A DNA stretch of 63,821 nucleotides, the filler included, from Octopus bimaculoides (lineage: Eukaryota): NCBI RefSeq assembly GCF_001194135.2. It is 6 parts of 6 records of this genome, joined end to end, with 100 filler letters (N's around TTAATTAATTAA, not from the genome) between each part and the next. Parts side by side here need not be neighbours in the genome. Positions count along the whole stretch, not along the records: positions 21,316 to 40,829 come from NC_068984.1; positions 40,930 to 53,488 come from NC_069000.1; 4 more parts are not named here. One strand, given 5' to 3'. How positions within the stretch are numbered: position 1 is the first letter of the stretch; each line of letters begins with the position of its first letter. The notes beneath the pieces are model-generated. The model ran no database searches and had not been told where the DNA came from. It saw only the letters and a list, made by a program, of their open reading frames with translations. The translations under genes and the position numbers were made by a program. Below are positions 40,425 through 52,101 of this stretch, in pieces.

Positions 40425-40468
40425 CCAACTCATGCCAGCATGGAAAACGGACGTTAAACGTCGATGAT
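40425..40468 (+). mobile_element. Repeat family E 3' tail fragment
   Basis: ccaactcatgccagcatggaaaacggacgttaaacgtcgatgat is the reverse complement of 40688-40731 with a few mismatches. Confidence 0.75.
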
Positions 40469-40474
40469 AAAATA

Positions 40475-40655
40475 GGTGCTGAAAAGTTCCTGGCTTTAAG
40501 GTTATCGTGAAAGGCCTGGTTGGAGATCTGACCTTCCGAGTTCTTTTACAGAACAATATGTTTGTAGATCTGAGAGAGGAATATGTTGAAGAAAATCGTT
40601 AAGTGATTATTCTGTATGTTAATCTTACCTAAAGCTAGAACTTTTCAGCACCCCC
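40475..40655. mobile_element. Mariner-type MITE (~180 bp)
   Basis: Terminal inverted repeats GGTGCTGAAAAGTTCCTGGCTTTAAGG and CCTAAAGCTAGAACTTTTCAGCACC. Confidence 0.8.
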
Positions 40656-40676
40656 AACCAATGATATATATATTAA

Positions 40677-40829
40677 TCATCATCATCATCATCATCGTTT
40701 AACGTCCGCTTTCCATGCTAGCATGGGTTGGACGATTTGACTGAGGACTGGTGAAACCGGATGGCAACACCAGGCTCCAGTCTGATTTGGCAGAGTTTCT
40801 ACAGCTGGATGCCCTTCCTAACGCCAACC
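40677..40829 (-). mobile_element. Repeat family E (LINE/SINE 3' end with (GAT)n tail), runs into a gap
   Basis: (CAT)n followed by gtttaacgtccgctttccatgctagcatgggttggacg..ggatgcccttcctaacgccaacc; matches 40425-40468. Confidence 0.75.
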
Positions 40830-41002
40830 NNNNNNNNNNNNNNNNNNNNNNNNNNNNNNNNNNNNNNNNNNNNTTAATTAATTAANNNNNNNNNNNNNNN
40901 NNNNNNNNNNNNNNNNNNNNNNNNNNNNNTATATTTGTATATATATATAATTGAAAAAACTGGAATCAACAAGAAGGAATACGGTCGGACATTTATTTTT
41001 TA

Positions 41003-41360
41003 ATCGCTGCAATTGTTTCCACGCAACGTAGTTCTCCATGTGTGCAGGTATTTGATTATGTAACCGCTATCCTGCATTATGAGATCTAGTTGTGTTTCCT
41101 CAGGCGATATGTAAATATTGTCTCCCGAAATTTAAAATCCTCGGCTTCAAGAACATCCTCTCCGTCTGTTGTGGCCTAAATTTAGTAGTAATCACTGAGC
41201 TTATCAAGGTGTGTTGTTGCTGAAGGACCGTTGGCAAATTACTTTGAATGTGTAGCTGTAGTGGGTGGTGATTCTGCTACTGTTAAAGTGGTTGCCGTTT
41301 GAAAGGGATTGGCATTTGATTTCTTTGTAGTGTTGATTTGTTCTTCGTGGTTGGTTACAT
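41003..41360 (-). mobile_element. Second Penelope-like family: decayed GIY-YIG C-terminus followed by a hammerhead-like motif
   Basis: Minus strand reads NQPRRTNQHYKEIKCQSLSNGNHFNS..FKVICQRSFSNN..LLLNL, resembling the PLE R..H...PV..HFN..F...R...E..L pattern, then ATCGC-CTGAGGA...GAAAC-AATT-GCA-GCGAT. Confidence 0.5.
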
Positions 41361-42013
41361 ATGCGTATACCTTTAGCTGACCTTTAAGATTACTAACGCT
41401 CGGACACACACACACACGCACATACAGACAGACAGACACACACACACACACGCACACGGATACACGCACACATACACACACACACACACACACGCTCATA
41501 CACACACATACATATATATATAACGTACGCGCACTCACATACATACACATATACAAATATATGTACATACATACATACACATGCATGCATATACATACAT
41601 AGATGCTCGTGTGTGCATACACACACTTACACATCCATATATATTTACTTATGTAGGTACATACATGTATAGTAAACACGCGGACAGGCACGTATACGTA
41701 TGTATAGAAATACAACCCGACACACGTACACATGGATAGGGGGAAGAGGAGAGGGAGAGAGTTCACTGAATTATTATTATTATTATTTCAGTGTTCTGAG
41801 TCTGGAAAATGCATATTTGACACGGTGGAAACATCGGTATTTTCTCAGTATGCTTGTTTACCAAGCTTTCGTTACTTAACAGGATGCACAAGGTTTCCTC
41901 AAGGCTCAAATCACATACGCATGACAGTGTACTTTATGACCGTGCACTTTTTATTATTGACCAAGAATTTAAATGATCAAAAAACAAGAGAAGCATACAT
42001 ACATGAATACATA

Positions 42014-42716
42014 CAAGATGCATTCCAGAACTATATCAGACTTTTTTGGGAAAGGCATTTATTAATTTCAAAGTAGGATCCCCTGACATAAATGCACTTG
42101 TAGCGGTCCAGGCACTTCGTGAAGGCCCCATGGAAATCCTTCGAAGTGAAGGTGTCCAGGAGTTTTTGTCACACCCACCTTCATCTTCAAAACGACTGCG
42201 CCTGAGGTTCTCCCTCGGCTTGGGGAACAACCAAAAGTCACAAGGAGCAAGGTCTGGGCTGTAGGGAGGATGTGGAGCAGTTTTGATACCCATCTTTGTC
42301 AAGTAGTTGGTTACCAGAATGGAATTATAGACAGGTGCATTGTCCTGGTGCAGGTGCTCTGGCCTTTTGCGACAAAATCTCTTTCTGAACCTCCCTAAAA
42401 CCTCCATAAAGTACTTTCTGTTGACTGTCTAGCCAGAATGAGCTTAGTGGATGTAGATGATGCCCTTGCTGTTGGAAAAGGGGATCATCATGCGCTTCAC
42501 AGTGCCAGTGATAAACAGTTGCTCAGAGCATTTCGTAAGTTTTTTGTGGCCCTTTTTCCCAGTTTAACACAAAACTTTATTGTATAGTGAACACCCAAAT
42601 TGTCATCAGATCCTGACTGCATTCTGCAAATTACTCTCTTGTGGCAAGCAGTGTTTAGCAGGGTGTGTTCAAAATATTGTTACGGACGTCTCCTTCAATT
42701 TGGAACAACTAGATTT
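42014..42716 (-). mobile_element. Internally deleted mariner (same family as 50851-51711)
   Basis: MMIPF..KGIIYIH, HLHQDNAP, TKMGIKTAPHPPYSPDLAPCDFWLFPK. Terminus TA-CAAGATGCATTCCAGAA at 42012-42030; the 5' part (caataaagttttgtgttaaactgg) is shared with 51000-51030. Confidence 0.9.
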
Positions 42717-42829
42717 GGCAGGTCAGCTTATTAAATGTCTAGTAATGCTATATTAAAATTACAATAATCTAGGACAGTCATAAATGCGTCTCTTAAAAAG
42801 TCTCAAGACTCCAGGAATACAGCTCATGT

Positions 42830-42870
<41 letters not shown>

Positions 42871-43029
42871 CGTGTGTGTATGCGTGTGTGTCTGTGTGTT
42901 TGTGTGTACATATATATACAGACATATGCATACATATATACATACATATACATTAGGCCATGCGACCGCGCGCGCACACACACACACACACAAATACATA
43001 TATTTATATATTAATTTAGAATTTCGGAA

Positions 43030-43200
43030 GAACACCCGCAATTTCTGAGGAGGAGTAAGTCGATTAGATCGACACCAGTGCTTTTCTGGTACTTATTCTA
43101 ATCGACCCCGAAAGGATGAAAGGCAAAGTCGACCTCGGCGCAATGTGAACTCAGAACGTAAAGACGGACGAAATACCGCTAAGCATTTTGCACGGCATGC
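43030..43200 (-). mobile_element. SINE family A copy
   Basis: tcgaccccgaaaggatgaaaggcaaagtcgacctcggc..ctcagaacgt..gacgaaataccgctaagcatt is the reverse complement of the 50238-50469 core. Confidence 0.85.
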
Positions 43201-43210
43201 CTTGATATGC

Positions 43211-43247
<37 letters not shown>

Positions 43248-43252
<5 letters not shown>

Positions 43253-43417
43253 ACCCCTCGCCACATCGCGGTTCACCTATCGCACATTCAGTACATCGCA
43301 AATTTCTCAGTATATCGCGGGTTTCTGCGGCCGATAGGTATTTATATTGTTTTAGATTTTAATTATTTCTGGAGGAGGTTTTGGGACGTTATACCCGCGA
43401 TAGTCGAGGGATTACTG
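43248..43417. mobile_element. Pogo/Tigger-like MITE (170 bp)
   Basis: TIRs CAGTAACCCCTCGCCACATCGCGG and (reverse complement) CAGTAATCCCTCGACTATCGCGG; TA follows the right end. Confidence 0.75.
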
Positions 43418-43434
43418 TATGTATATATATTTAT

Positions 43435-44050
43435 GTATCTTTTACTTGTTTCAGTCATTAGACTGTGGCCATGATGAGGCACCGCCTTGATGAATTTTAG
43501 TCGAATGAATCGACCCCAGTACTTTTTTTTTAAGTACTGATACTTAGTTCATCGGCTATTTTGCTGAACCGCTAAGTTACCAAGATGTAAACACACAACT
43601 ATCGGTTGTCAAGCGATCGTGGGGTACAAACATAAACACAAACACAGACATGCACACACACATACATACATAATACATACATACATACATACATACAGTC
43701 GAAAGACACTTGTTGTTATGTCCTGTTATTTGTATTTGTGTAATATTCTCCGTTTTTTTCCGTCCTTGTTTTCGTATACATTCGCTGCTTTCTTCCAAGG
43801 AATCTAATGCTTTTAGCTTAGTTTTTCCTTGGGGCTGACCAGATTGGAGCAATCTCGAGTATAACCTGCTGAAATTGCAAAAATAATTTGGAACTCGACT
43901 GAGGAAACAAAACTCCGAATGACCCAGCCTTGTTTTCTTTGTATCGTCTCTCTGGATGATTTGTAGTCCCTTTTTTGTATCACCTGTCTGGATGTTTTGT
44001 GTTCTTGTCCCATTTTGTATTTTATATATATATATGATATATATATATAT

Positions 44051-44083
<33 letters not shown>

Positions 44084-44228
44084 AGACGGGCTTCTTTCAG
44101 TTTCCGTCTACAAAATCCACTCACAAGACTTTGGTTGGCCTGAGGCTACAGAAGAAGACACTTACCCAAGGTGTCACGCAGTGGGACTGAACCCGGGACT
44201 ATGTGATTGGGAAGCATGCTTCTTACGA
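43435..44228 (-). mobile_element. SINE family B, near full-length, interrupted by an unclassified ~330-bp insert (~43697-44025) within its internal (CA/TA)n tract
   Basis: 43435-43660 is the reverse complement of the B 3' half (61725-61950); 44040-44228 is the reverse complement of the B 5' half (57985-58116). Confidence 0.85.
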
Positions 44229-45049
44229 AAGGGAGACGGAAACTGATATATCGATAATTCTGAATCTTTTGCAGACCGGCATCCCTTTCACGGAGTGACA
44301 CTTTGCAAAAGCCACCCCACACCGTGTATTGCAAAAACAAACACAAAAAGAAACAGAACAGAAAAAAAAGAACCCACCCAATTATTTCTCTTAAACAAAA
44401 GTGAATTCTGAGTGCGTAGTGGTTTATAATCAATATACTATCCTACATTATCCTATTCAGCATGAAATTACTTTTCGATATTCGCGTAGGTTATTGCCTC
44501 CGGTGTTAAACTTTTTCGCGGAAATGATCAAAGAAAGTGAGGACTTATACAACAAAATTGTTGAATCTTTGAGAATCATTATCAGCTGTATTTCTGCTCA
44601 CTCATAATACAATGTCCTATTCATATATTATTCTGGAAAAAAAAAAAGGCTGTTTTTGTTTTGTTTTGTTTTTGTTTTTGCTTTTTGGTTGTTGTTCTTT
44701 TTTGAAAATGTGTGTTATATAAGTAATGAATCTCGTTTAATTATTCTATCTCTTAGGAAAATTGTCACACCTCAAAACACCCAGTTTCACATTTGTCGTC
44801 ATCGCATGATCTCATGACGTCCCAGAAAGGAGTTGCGATTTCGTTTCTAGAGCCCAGATTAACAACTCCAGTAAGCCACTATTCGTACACTAATGTTGTT
44901 ATTTCTTCGCGTTGACAAAATATACTTAAGCACTTAAGTGCTGTGTCATAACTCAGGCAAAGTGAATATCTCATCCAAAATCAGAGAAAAGCGAATATTT
45001 ATGGACGCTGTGTATACATGCGTAAATGAGTGTGTGTGCATGTGTGTGG

Positions 45050-45130
<81 letters not shown>

Positions 45131-45315
45131 CCCATAAGTATGTGTGTGCGTAAATGATGTAATGTGTGGGTATGCATTTGTGAATATACACAAAACGGAT
45201 GTTTGAAGAGGAAGCGCCGTCAAGAAATAGTCATCAGAACCACTTGAGAGAATAAAAACAAGGACTGTGTGTGTGCGCGCGTGCGTATGTATGTGTGTAT
45301 GTGCGCGCGCGTATG

Positions 45316-45356
<41 letters not shown>

Positions 45357-45958
45357 GGAACATCCAGCACTGATGAGAGAGGGTGCCAGACATTATTTGG
45401 AGGCGCGTCACTATCAATAAATACATAAATAGCATTATAATTAATAATCAACAAAAAATTAGGGAACACAGTTCTATATCATAAGTCGTTCTTATGGTTA
45501 CATTTGTGAATATGAGTGTTTGCGAGTGACAATAAGTTGTCTAATACTAAATGTAGAACCAACGGAATTAGCCTTCAGTATTCAGCGAGTTTTGTGTTAC
45601 TTTATAACTGTAATATATCACGCATATTACCGGGAACTGGCGACTTAGTTTTTAATGGCAGTGGCGGTGGGGAACGGAGTATCTAATTTAAGTATGAAGT
45701 ACGACGAAATTTCTGTTCGTAAATCTTTCAACGAGAGACAATCTTTACAATAAAATATTTTCTTGATAACCTTCAATTTGTAGCAATACAGAGGATCATC
45801 GTGGTTAGGCACTTTCACTCTCACACACACGCGCGCGCATGTAGGGGATATATACATTCATGCATAAGTACGTACACATACATACATAATACATACATAC
45901 ATGTATATATATGTATATGTACATATATATATACATATATACGTGTATATATGTATGC

Positions 45959-46002
<44 letters not shown>

Positions 46003-46070
46003 GCACATATAAACGTGTATATATGTATGTATATATATATACATACACATATGTAGGCGGATATATGTAT

Positions 46071-46120
<50 letters not shown>

Positions 46121-46184
46121 CACATAAACACACATACACACACACTACAACCTGCTCCCGGCATCCTTTATGGTCGTGAGAAGT

Positions 46185-46245
46185 CTTCGAAGGTGGTGCC
46201 CCAGCAAGGCTGCAGCAACGACTTAACTGAAACAAGTAAAAGAAT
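46185..46245 (+). mobile_element. SINE family B 3' end fragment (similar fragments at 49100-49262 and 51825-51890 on +, ~11980-12045 on -)
   Basis: ggtggtgccccagca..gc..ctgaaacaagtaaaaga signature. Confidence 0.7.
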
Positions 46246-49044
46246 AATTATATCCCTGCACACTCATACACACTCACATATATACAAACTTATGTACATA
46301 CATACATACATACATGCATACATACATGCATACAAGCATACATATTTATAGATGAGCGTAGGTTCGAAACATTAAAGCCTTCTTCAAGAGTCCCCGAGCG
46401 TCAACCTGATACATATGGGCTTTTGTTTTTCGTTTCTTTTTTTGTTGTTGTTGTTGTGTTTTACCCTGTCTCCATGCTTTCTGAATTTTTTTGGGGGGTG
46501 GGAGTGTTGGGTACCACATTTAATGAATATGTGGCGTAAATCTGAATTTGAAATAAATGTGTGCAAACATATTTTCTTATAAAATACGCTCACACACACA
46601 CACACACACACATTCAGATTGTGGTTTTCTAATTATGCATTTGGGGTTCTTTATTATGCAATTATTTGCTGGCTTAATTCGAACCAGCTTCCGCATTAAA
46701 CCATTCTCTGACATCTCTTTCGGTCTCTTTCTTCACTGATCGCTAGTTCTTATATGACAGGTAAGGGTATTTACTAATTGTGTAATTGTGTATGATAATA
46801 GTATTCGCATGATATAAGAGGTGTATGTGTGGACGTGCCCTGAACGGGCAGACCTATGGTCAAAAGAATTTGTTTGTACTACCCCATCATTTTATTAATG
46901 TTTATTTTTTTTTCATGCATGATGTACTACGGGCAACATTAACACAGTAGAGTGTGGTTTGAAGGAGATTTTACCCGCTTTTTCAAGTAATTCGAGCAGC
47001 CATGTAAAGGTATCGTCTTTGGAAAACGGTGTGTGTGTGTGTGTGTGTGATAATGATTATTGTTTTTTAACCATAAATTGCTATGATTGATCAGACCTAA
47101 GCTCAAAGGCACTGAAGCAATGATCATCCCGTGTACGCAGTCGGGATTTGGTCTGATTTAGGATCAATTCAACTTCGGTCTCGTTTTGAGTCAAAACGAT
47201 ATCATTCAGTTGTTAGCTCATTTATGGCCACATTGAGATCATCTAGTTGGAATTGGTTTTATATGGAAGTCAGGTTGACATTGTCTGCAGGAATAATGTC
47301 AGTGTGAGCTTAGAGAAGTAATTAGCGTATGTAGATCAGCGGTGGTCAGTATAGAAGAGAGATGCGATGCGTGCTGATGTCCGACAAGCATAATTATAAT
47401 TCATCATCTTATAATTTGTTGATTCCTATAAGAAGGGCTCGTGTTCTAGACAGATTCATCGGTTCTGCAGGATGACATCATCTGAGGTTGAAGCACTGCG
47501 GTGTCTGAAAGTCACCTTACACCAGTGAATTGCGTTTTCCCTTCACTCTATCTTTACTCACTGAACCAAGCGGAAGCTGTGTATTTTCCCCTTAGAATTA
47601 CGTTCGAGTTCATAGAGATATGAATGTTATTGAAATGTTTGGGAGCTGAACCAGTGCAAGTCTTCTACAACGCATTGGTTTTCTCAAGAACTGTACACTT
47701 TCATTTGGACAATTTCTATCCTTCTTCGCACTCAAAGAACCCCTACTTAATAGAATTCTATATATACCTTGTGGGTAAGTTTTTCCACACATCTCTGTAC
47801 GTTTCACGTTCTTTCCTTTTCTTTATTGTTAATAAAGCTGTTATAATATATATATTTGAGATCTTGCTTATACTTCAATCTGATCAGCAAAGCCAAACGA
47901 GTTTGACACCCTGGTCTAATGTATAAAATAGGTGTGCTTGGTGGTTGCTGTTGCTATTATTATTTAACTCATGGTTGACCTTGATCAAAAGTGTTCCAGC
48001 CGTGATTACCCCGTGTTTATTTAAGGCATAAAGTAGCCAAAACTACATTTTCTTAGATGAATATTTAGGTTTTGAAGGAGATTTGGCTATGTAGTGTCAC
48101 CACTTACATGCTTTCTTTTTGGTTCAAAATGCTATTCTGTATTGAAGTGGTGAACAATTACTGTCAATAAACTCCAGGTTTCACGATATTTATGTGAAGT
48201 TAGTACTAACTTGGCACTGTCTAACTTGGCACTGTCAACCAACTGATGTTGGTAAACAGTAATAGATTAAATTACTATTTTCTTCTGAAGATCTAGTGTT
48301 TCAATGTGATTATTCAACTGTCTAGATAACGATTATCGCTAGTGAAACACGTGTAAAGGTTATGTGATTATAATGCTATAATAAAGAGATAAACTATCTC
48401 TTCTGTTTTATTTTGCTTCCGGGTATACACTTTGTAAAGTGTTGACGTCATAAAAATTTATAAACTTTCAAGAGAACGTGAAATAACACTTTTTTTAAAC
48501 AATGGATCTCGAAGCACATCTGAAGCATATAAATATTGGGTTCAAAAACCAATACTGAAAAAAACATAACAAAACGGGCGGCAGATTGTTTAATATTTGA
48601 TTAGAATTTGGATATACATGGATACATGGAATTATATGGAGTTCTATACATCACGCTATCTCATTCGAAATAGCATTTCTTCAATGTGTACGTATGTGTG
48701 TGTATATGTACATGTACATATATGTGTGTGTGAGTTTGCATGTTTATGTGTATGCATATATATATGTGTGTGTATCCCACTATATATCTGTGTGTGTGCG
48801 CGTGCGTGCGTGCGTATGTGTATATTCCCAAATGTGATATGTTTGACTAAAATAACAAACGCAGAAAGAGATAAAATGGCGCTACATTTTTCTCTAACAA
48901 ATTCCTTCCTATAACATAAGTTTTGTTTTACAAGACATTATAACGACTGCTTCACAGATGCGCCATCTTTCCTGCCTCCGTCTCTTCTAACACAGCTTCA
49001 GTTCTTCTGAGAAAGTAAGCAGCATACTATCTGCACTTATAAAA

Positions 49045-49103
<59 letters not shown>

Positions 49104-50033
49104 TATTTGCGTATGTTTTTCCCCCACCACCGCTTGACAACCGGTACTGGTTTCTTCACGTCTCCGTAACTTAGTAGTTCGGCCAAAAGAGATCGACAAT
49201 TCTTCAATGCAGTGCACCAGCATGGCTGCAGCCTAACAGCTTAGACAAGTAGAAGATAAAAGATCTATTGAATTTCCTTCCATCGAAAAGGTCAATGCAT
49301 TTAACCAAGATTAAACGTGTAAATGCTACCTATTACTTTCTAATGTCTCGGGTCAAGACATCTGTATTTAATTAATTTCAGTTAATTAAAATTTTAAGAT
49401 TGCTTTATCTGCCCTTTTCCCCCCACCAGAAACAGTTTTCTTTTATGATTATTCTAATCACTTAAGGGATGATTTTCACTGTTCTTTCTCTTAGCATTAA
49501 GGACACTCCGACACTGAAAACACACCCCAATTTTGACTCGGATATAAAAAAAAAACCCCACAAAAACACAAAACCTTATGTGATGTGGCTTTTTTATATG
49601 TCTTACATGACATATAGATCCTGTTGATCACTACAGTATTTTCTCTTAAACAAAGTAAGTTTATCATAGATAACGCTCCTATGGAATTAAAAATTGGCTT
49701 GCGAAAAATATACTTTTGTCCTTAAGGACATATGGTAGATTTAGGACAAAAATAGCGTCATCGATACCGTGAGATACTGCAATTATTTTTGGATTACTAC
49801 ATTGAGTATGCTAGCGTGTACTTTGCAGTGAACGTCTCTAGATATTTTCTCCTGTCATCCTGTCAAGGAATATAGCCACGATTAAAATTGATTCCGTGAA
49901 TGCACTGTTCCATGCTCAACTGGTTAAGGTCAAGCAACTGTGGTATTGAGCAGAATATCATGTACCTAACACTTCCAATCAGTTAAGATCAGAAGTTATG
50001 AGAGCCACTGCATGATATTGCATCAGGGCATTT

Positions 50034-50069
<36 letters not shown>

Positions 50070-50171
50070 GTCGTCATCGTCGTCGTCGTCATCGTCGTCA
50101 TCATCATCATCAACATCATCATTGCATGTCCTTTAATGTCGTTTTATGTAAGTCCTTGTGGCTAATAAAAA

Positions 50172-50229
<58 letters not shown>

Positions 50230-50237
50230 AATATTAA

Positions 50238-50469
50238 GGCGGCGAGCTGGCAGAAACGTTAGCACGCCGGGCGAAATACTTAGCGGTATTTCGTCTGCCG
50301 CTACGTTCTGAGTTCAAATTCCGCCGAGGTCGACTTTGCCTTTCATCCTTTCGGGGTCGATTAAATAAGTACCAGTTACGCACTGGGGTCGATATAATCG
50401 ACTTAATCCATTTGTCTGTCCTTGTTTGTCCCCTCTGTGTGTTGCCCTTTGTGGGTAGTAAAGAAATAG
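50238..50469 (+). mobile_element. SINE family A, full-length and least diverged copy in the window
   Basis: GGCGGCGAGCTGGCAGAAACGTTAG head, GAGTTCAAATTCC B-box-like, gtcgactttgcctttcatcctttcggggtcgat central domain (resembles the MetaSINE domain, from memory), ending gtagtaaagaaatag. Confidence 0.9.
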
Positions 50470-50850
50470 CACTGTTCCATGAATAACAAAATCTGGATAC
50501 GAGACAAAATATGGACCTCGGAATATAGAATCGAGTAGGTACCTAGGATTAACGGAGACGTTAAAGCTTCTGACAAACTGTTTTATGGCATTTAGCTATG
50601 GACTTTTGTATATTTTGAGCTCAAATCCTACCGAGATGGACATCGGCTTTCTTTCTTTTGGGGTCGCTAAAGTAAAGAACTTATCGAAACTATAACATAG
50701 TATAATTGCTTCTGTTTAGCCCGCGTCAGCCTTAACCATGCAGGCCTATGGTCAAAGGCGTTATAGTCGTGACGATTCCGTATTTTTTGCAAGCACCATA
50801 TTATTAAATGTTCTTCAGGAAGATTATATCTAAGACCACAACATGAAATA

Positions 50851-51711
50851 CGCGATGCATTCCGGAAGTTTTCATCCGTTTTTGAGGAGAAACACTTAAT
50901 CCAGATTGAAGGAAACGTCTGCAACGGTACTTTGAATACATCCTACTAAACACTGCTTGTCACAGAATGCAGCCGAGACATGAGAGCAATTTGGAAGGTC
51001 GCTATGCAATAAAGTTTTGTGTTAAACTGGATAAAAACACCACAAAACTTACAAAATGCTCCATGATGCTTATGGATTAACTTTCTCGCTGGCACAAGAA
51101 GTTCAAGGATGATAAAGAAGTAGTGTGGGCGGGAGAGGGACATCAGAACACCAGAGCTGGTAGGGAAAATCACAAATTTCTGGATGAAGACCGCCATTTG
51201 TCAATAAAGACAATGTGCATTACAGTTTGGTGTTGGTGTGGCAACTATACATAGAATTATCTATGAAGCTCTGAACAAGTGCAAAATTTGTGCAAAGATT
51301 GTTCCTAGATTGCTCAGTGATTAGCATCCTGGTAACCAACTACTTGATACCTATAAAAGGACAATGTACTACTCTACAGTTCCATCCTAGTAATCAAGTA
51401 TTCGACAAAGATGGCCATCAAAACTATCCCTCACCCTCCCTACAGTCCAGACCTTGTTTCTTGTGACTTTTGGCTGCTCACCAAGCTGAAGAACCTCAAG
51501 GGCAATCGTTTCCAAGGTGAAGAAGGCTGTGACAAGGGTTTAGGACACTTTTACTTCGGAAGAATTCCATGGCACCTTTACGAAGTGACTGGAGCGCCAC
51601 AATAAGTGCATTGAAGTTAGAGGAACCTACTTTAAAGATTAGTTTTGTACTTCTTTGAAATTAATAAATATCTCTCCTAAAAAATTCTGAAAACTTCTAG
51701 AATGCATCTTG
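50851..51711 (+). mobile_element. Non-autonomous internally deleted mariner with both TIRs and TA target duplications
   Basis: TA-CGCGATGCATTCCGGAAGTTTTCA at the left and (reverse complement) TA-CAAGATGCATTCTAGAAGTTTTCA at the right, 20/24 identical. It encodes RYAIKFCVKL..CAKIVPRLLSD joined to MAIKTIPHPPYSPDLVSCDFWLLTKLK. Confidence 0.95.
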
Positions 51712-52023
51712 TATGTCTTCTTTTTTCAAAAAGAAAAAAGAAAGGTTGTGCTTTGAGAGAGATTTGGCTTCTATATCTTTCATGCTAACCAATATACTGT
51801 AGTCATTACTGAAAGTAGTGTGTCTACAAGGTGGTGCCCCAGCATGACCGCACCCTAATGGCTGAAACAAGTAAAAGACAAAAGATAAAATAATCACGTG
51901 CTATGGACACTAAAGGAAGTGGAGGTTCTACAGAGTTCTTTGCAGTTGCTGATTTACCTTGGTGTAAATGGTAACTTACGATAACAGATTTTTTTTTAAA
52001 TGAATAAAATGAAGTGTGCAATG

Positions 52024-52101
<78 letters not shown>
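52024..52101. repeat. (TTA)n microsatellite
   Basis: Perfect array. Confidence 0.95.

Noticed and set aside
43895-43960. CTGAGGA followed by an aacaa/ttgtt stem as a third hammerhead
   Set aside because: No GAAA box after the stem and no helix I partner.
47596-47774. 179-nt segment with strong acceptor and GTAAGT donor and a single in-frame TGA (47647-47649), suggesting selenocysteine readthrough
   Set aside because: No selenoprotein similarity, no Cys/Sec motif context and no SECIS identified. All three frames contain a stop; at best a non-coding or first exon.
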